A DNA stretch of 64,000 nucleotides from Phoronis australis (lineage: Eukaryota; Animalia; Phoronida). This document shows positions 62,973-64,000 of the stretch, in pieces. Position 1 is the first letter of the stretch. Every line of letters starts with the position of its first letter. The notes under the pieces are model-generated. The model saw nothing but the letters and a program-made list of their open reading frames with translations. It was not told where the DNA came from and searched no databases. The translations under genes and the position numbers were made by a program. The DNA is taken from NCBI GenBank assembly GCA_002633005.1, contig NMRA01000072.1, forward strand, positions 606,290 to 670,289. The letters run 5' to 3'.

Positions 62973-64000
62973 CCATGAACGTGTACATGCGAACAATGAC
63001 GTACCTTCAGTCCTAAAACTCGGCTACATTAACGTCTTCAATTTATCAAAAAAGTTTTGCACGGGTCTTCTAGACCACCAGCGGTACTGCTACGTTTGGA
63101 TTTAGCCGTGATTATACACTTCAAAGTAACACAGCGCTTCAAAAAGAACGCAGCAGCGTTGTCCCACTATGGTCTGACCTTTCAGTAGACACATCGACTG
63201 TCTCATATGTATAAAAATAACTCGCGCACGTGGCCAGAAAGCGCGCGCTACATATATGAACCTAGCTGTCATCAAAGACATTAGTGGGGAACTATCCATT
63301 CATGAAATGGGTAGCATAGCATCGGTCCTAATTTCCGACAATTTCTAATACTATAAAACATGTTTGCGTTATTTTTAGATGGATTGTTTGATTAACCATA
63401 ATTGGTGTTTTTAAGCCGAATATCCGATGAAATGACAACTGACAGTGAATCCTTACACACCCTTACACCGAAAAATAACTGTCAGACAGTTACGTACGCA
63501 TCCAGCTACACGGCGACTAATATGGGCCTTACCGAAACAAATGTCGAACGTTTTTAGCGCGAGACCGGCAAGTGCTGAATGAAACACGCTCTGGTTTAGG
63601 CCTACTGCTTGTGCAAATTTCTTTAGACACAATGTACATCTAGCTCCTTAGATTGCATGGATCTGGCCAAAAGACAGTCTCTGCTTTGGCAAATGAACTC
63701 TGGTTACACGCACGCGCTCGCTTACTCGCAGACGAACTTCAAAACAAACGTCACGTGACAACAACATGTGTGTTCGTCCAGACATTTTTCTCGCCGTGTT
63801 GCCGATCATACATGTAGATGGCACGATGTTGCGCAGATTTGTACTTAAAACTGCCGTAAATCCAGACTCCACGGGAACTTAAAAAAGTCTTAGGGACGCT
63901 ACTTAGAAAACTTAATGAGGATTTCAGGTAATTTGCTTGAGTCGAAACTATTTTTATTCAAGCATTGAAGTCGCCATATCGAAGACGGCGATTTTGAGGC

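Overview
AT-rich, intron-rich eukaryotic (invertebrate metazoan-like) genomic DNA with one 139-N gap and four single Ns. Three conserved genes can be rebuilt exon by exon from GT-AG boundaries and reading phase. (1) The 3' part of GLE1 (+, 369-7743). (2) A serine hydrolase-like SERHL alpha/beta hydrolase (-, 22630-10093), tail-to-tail with GLE1. (3) DNA2 nuclease/helicase (+, from 25065, running past the window end), head-to-head with SERHL. The last visible DNA2 intron hosts an antisense exon encoding a complete 8-Cys SUEL/rhamnose-binding-lectin-type domain. Introns carry MITEs, tRNA-derived SINE fragments and several Helentron-associated (HINE/DINE-1-like) non-autonomous elements. The most striking signal is that these HINE-like elements are arrays of ~145-150 bp monomers, each with a co-oriented CTCF-consensus-like motif, organised as a ~440 bp trimer. 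DNA2 has a ~430 aa N-terminal extension with a canonical PIP box on its own 36-nt micro-exon, a TOPBP1-BRCT-type motif and three repeated acidic helices. Three tandem duplications are each centred on a single N and look like uncollapsed haplotypes. Gene identities rest on my recollection of homologues; no searches were run.
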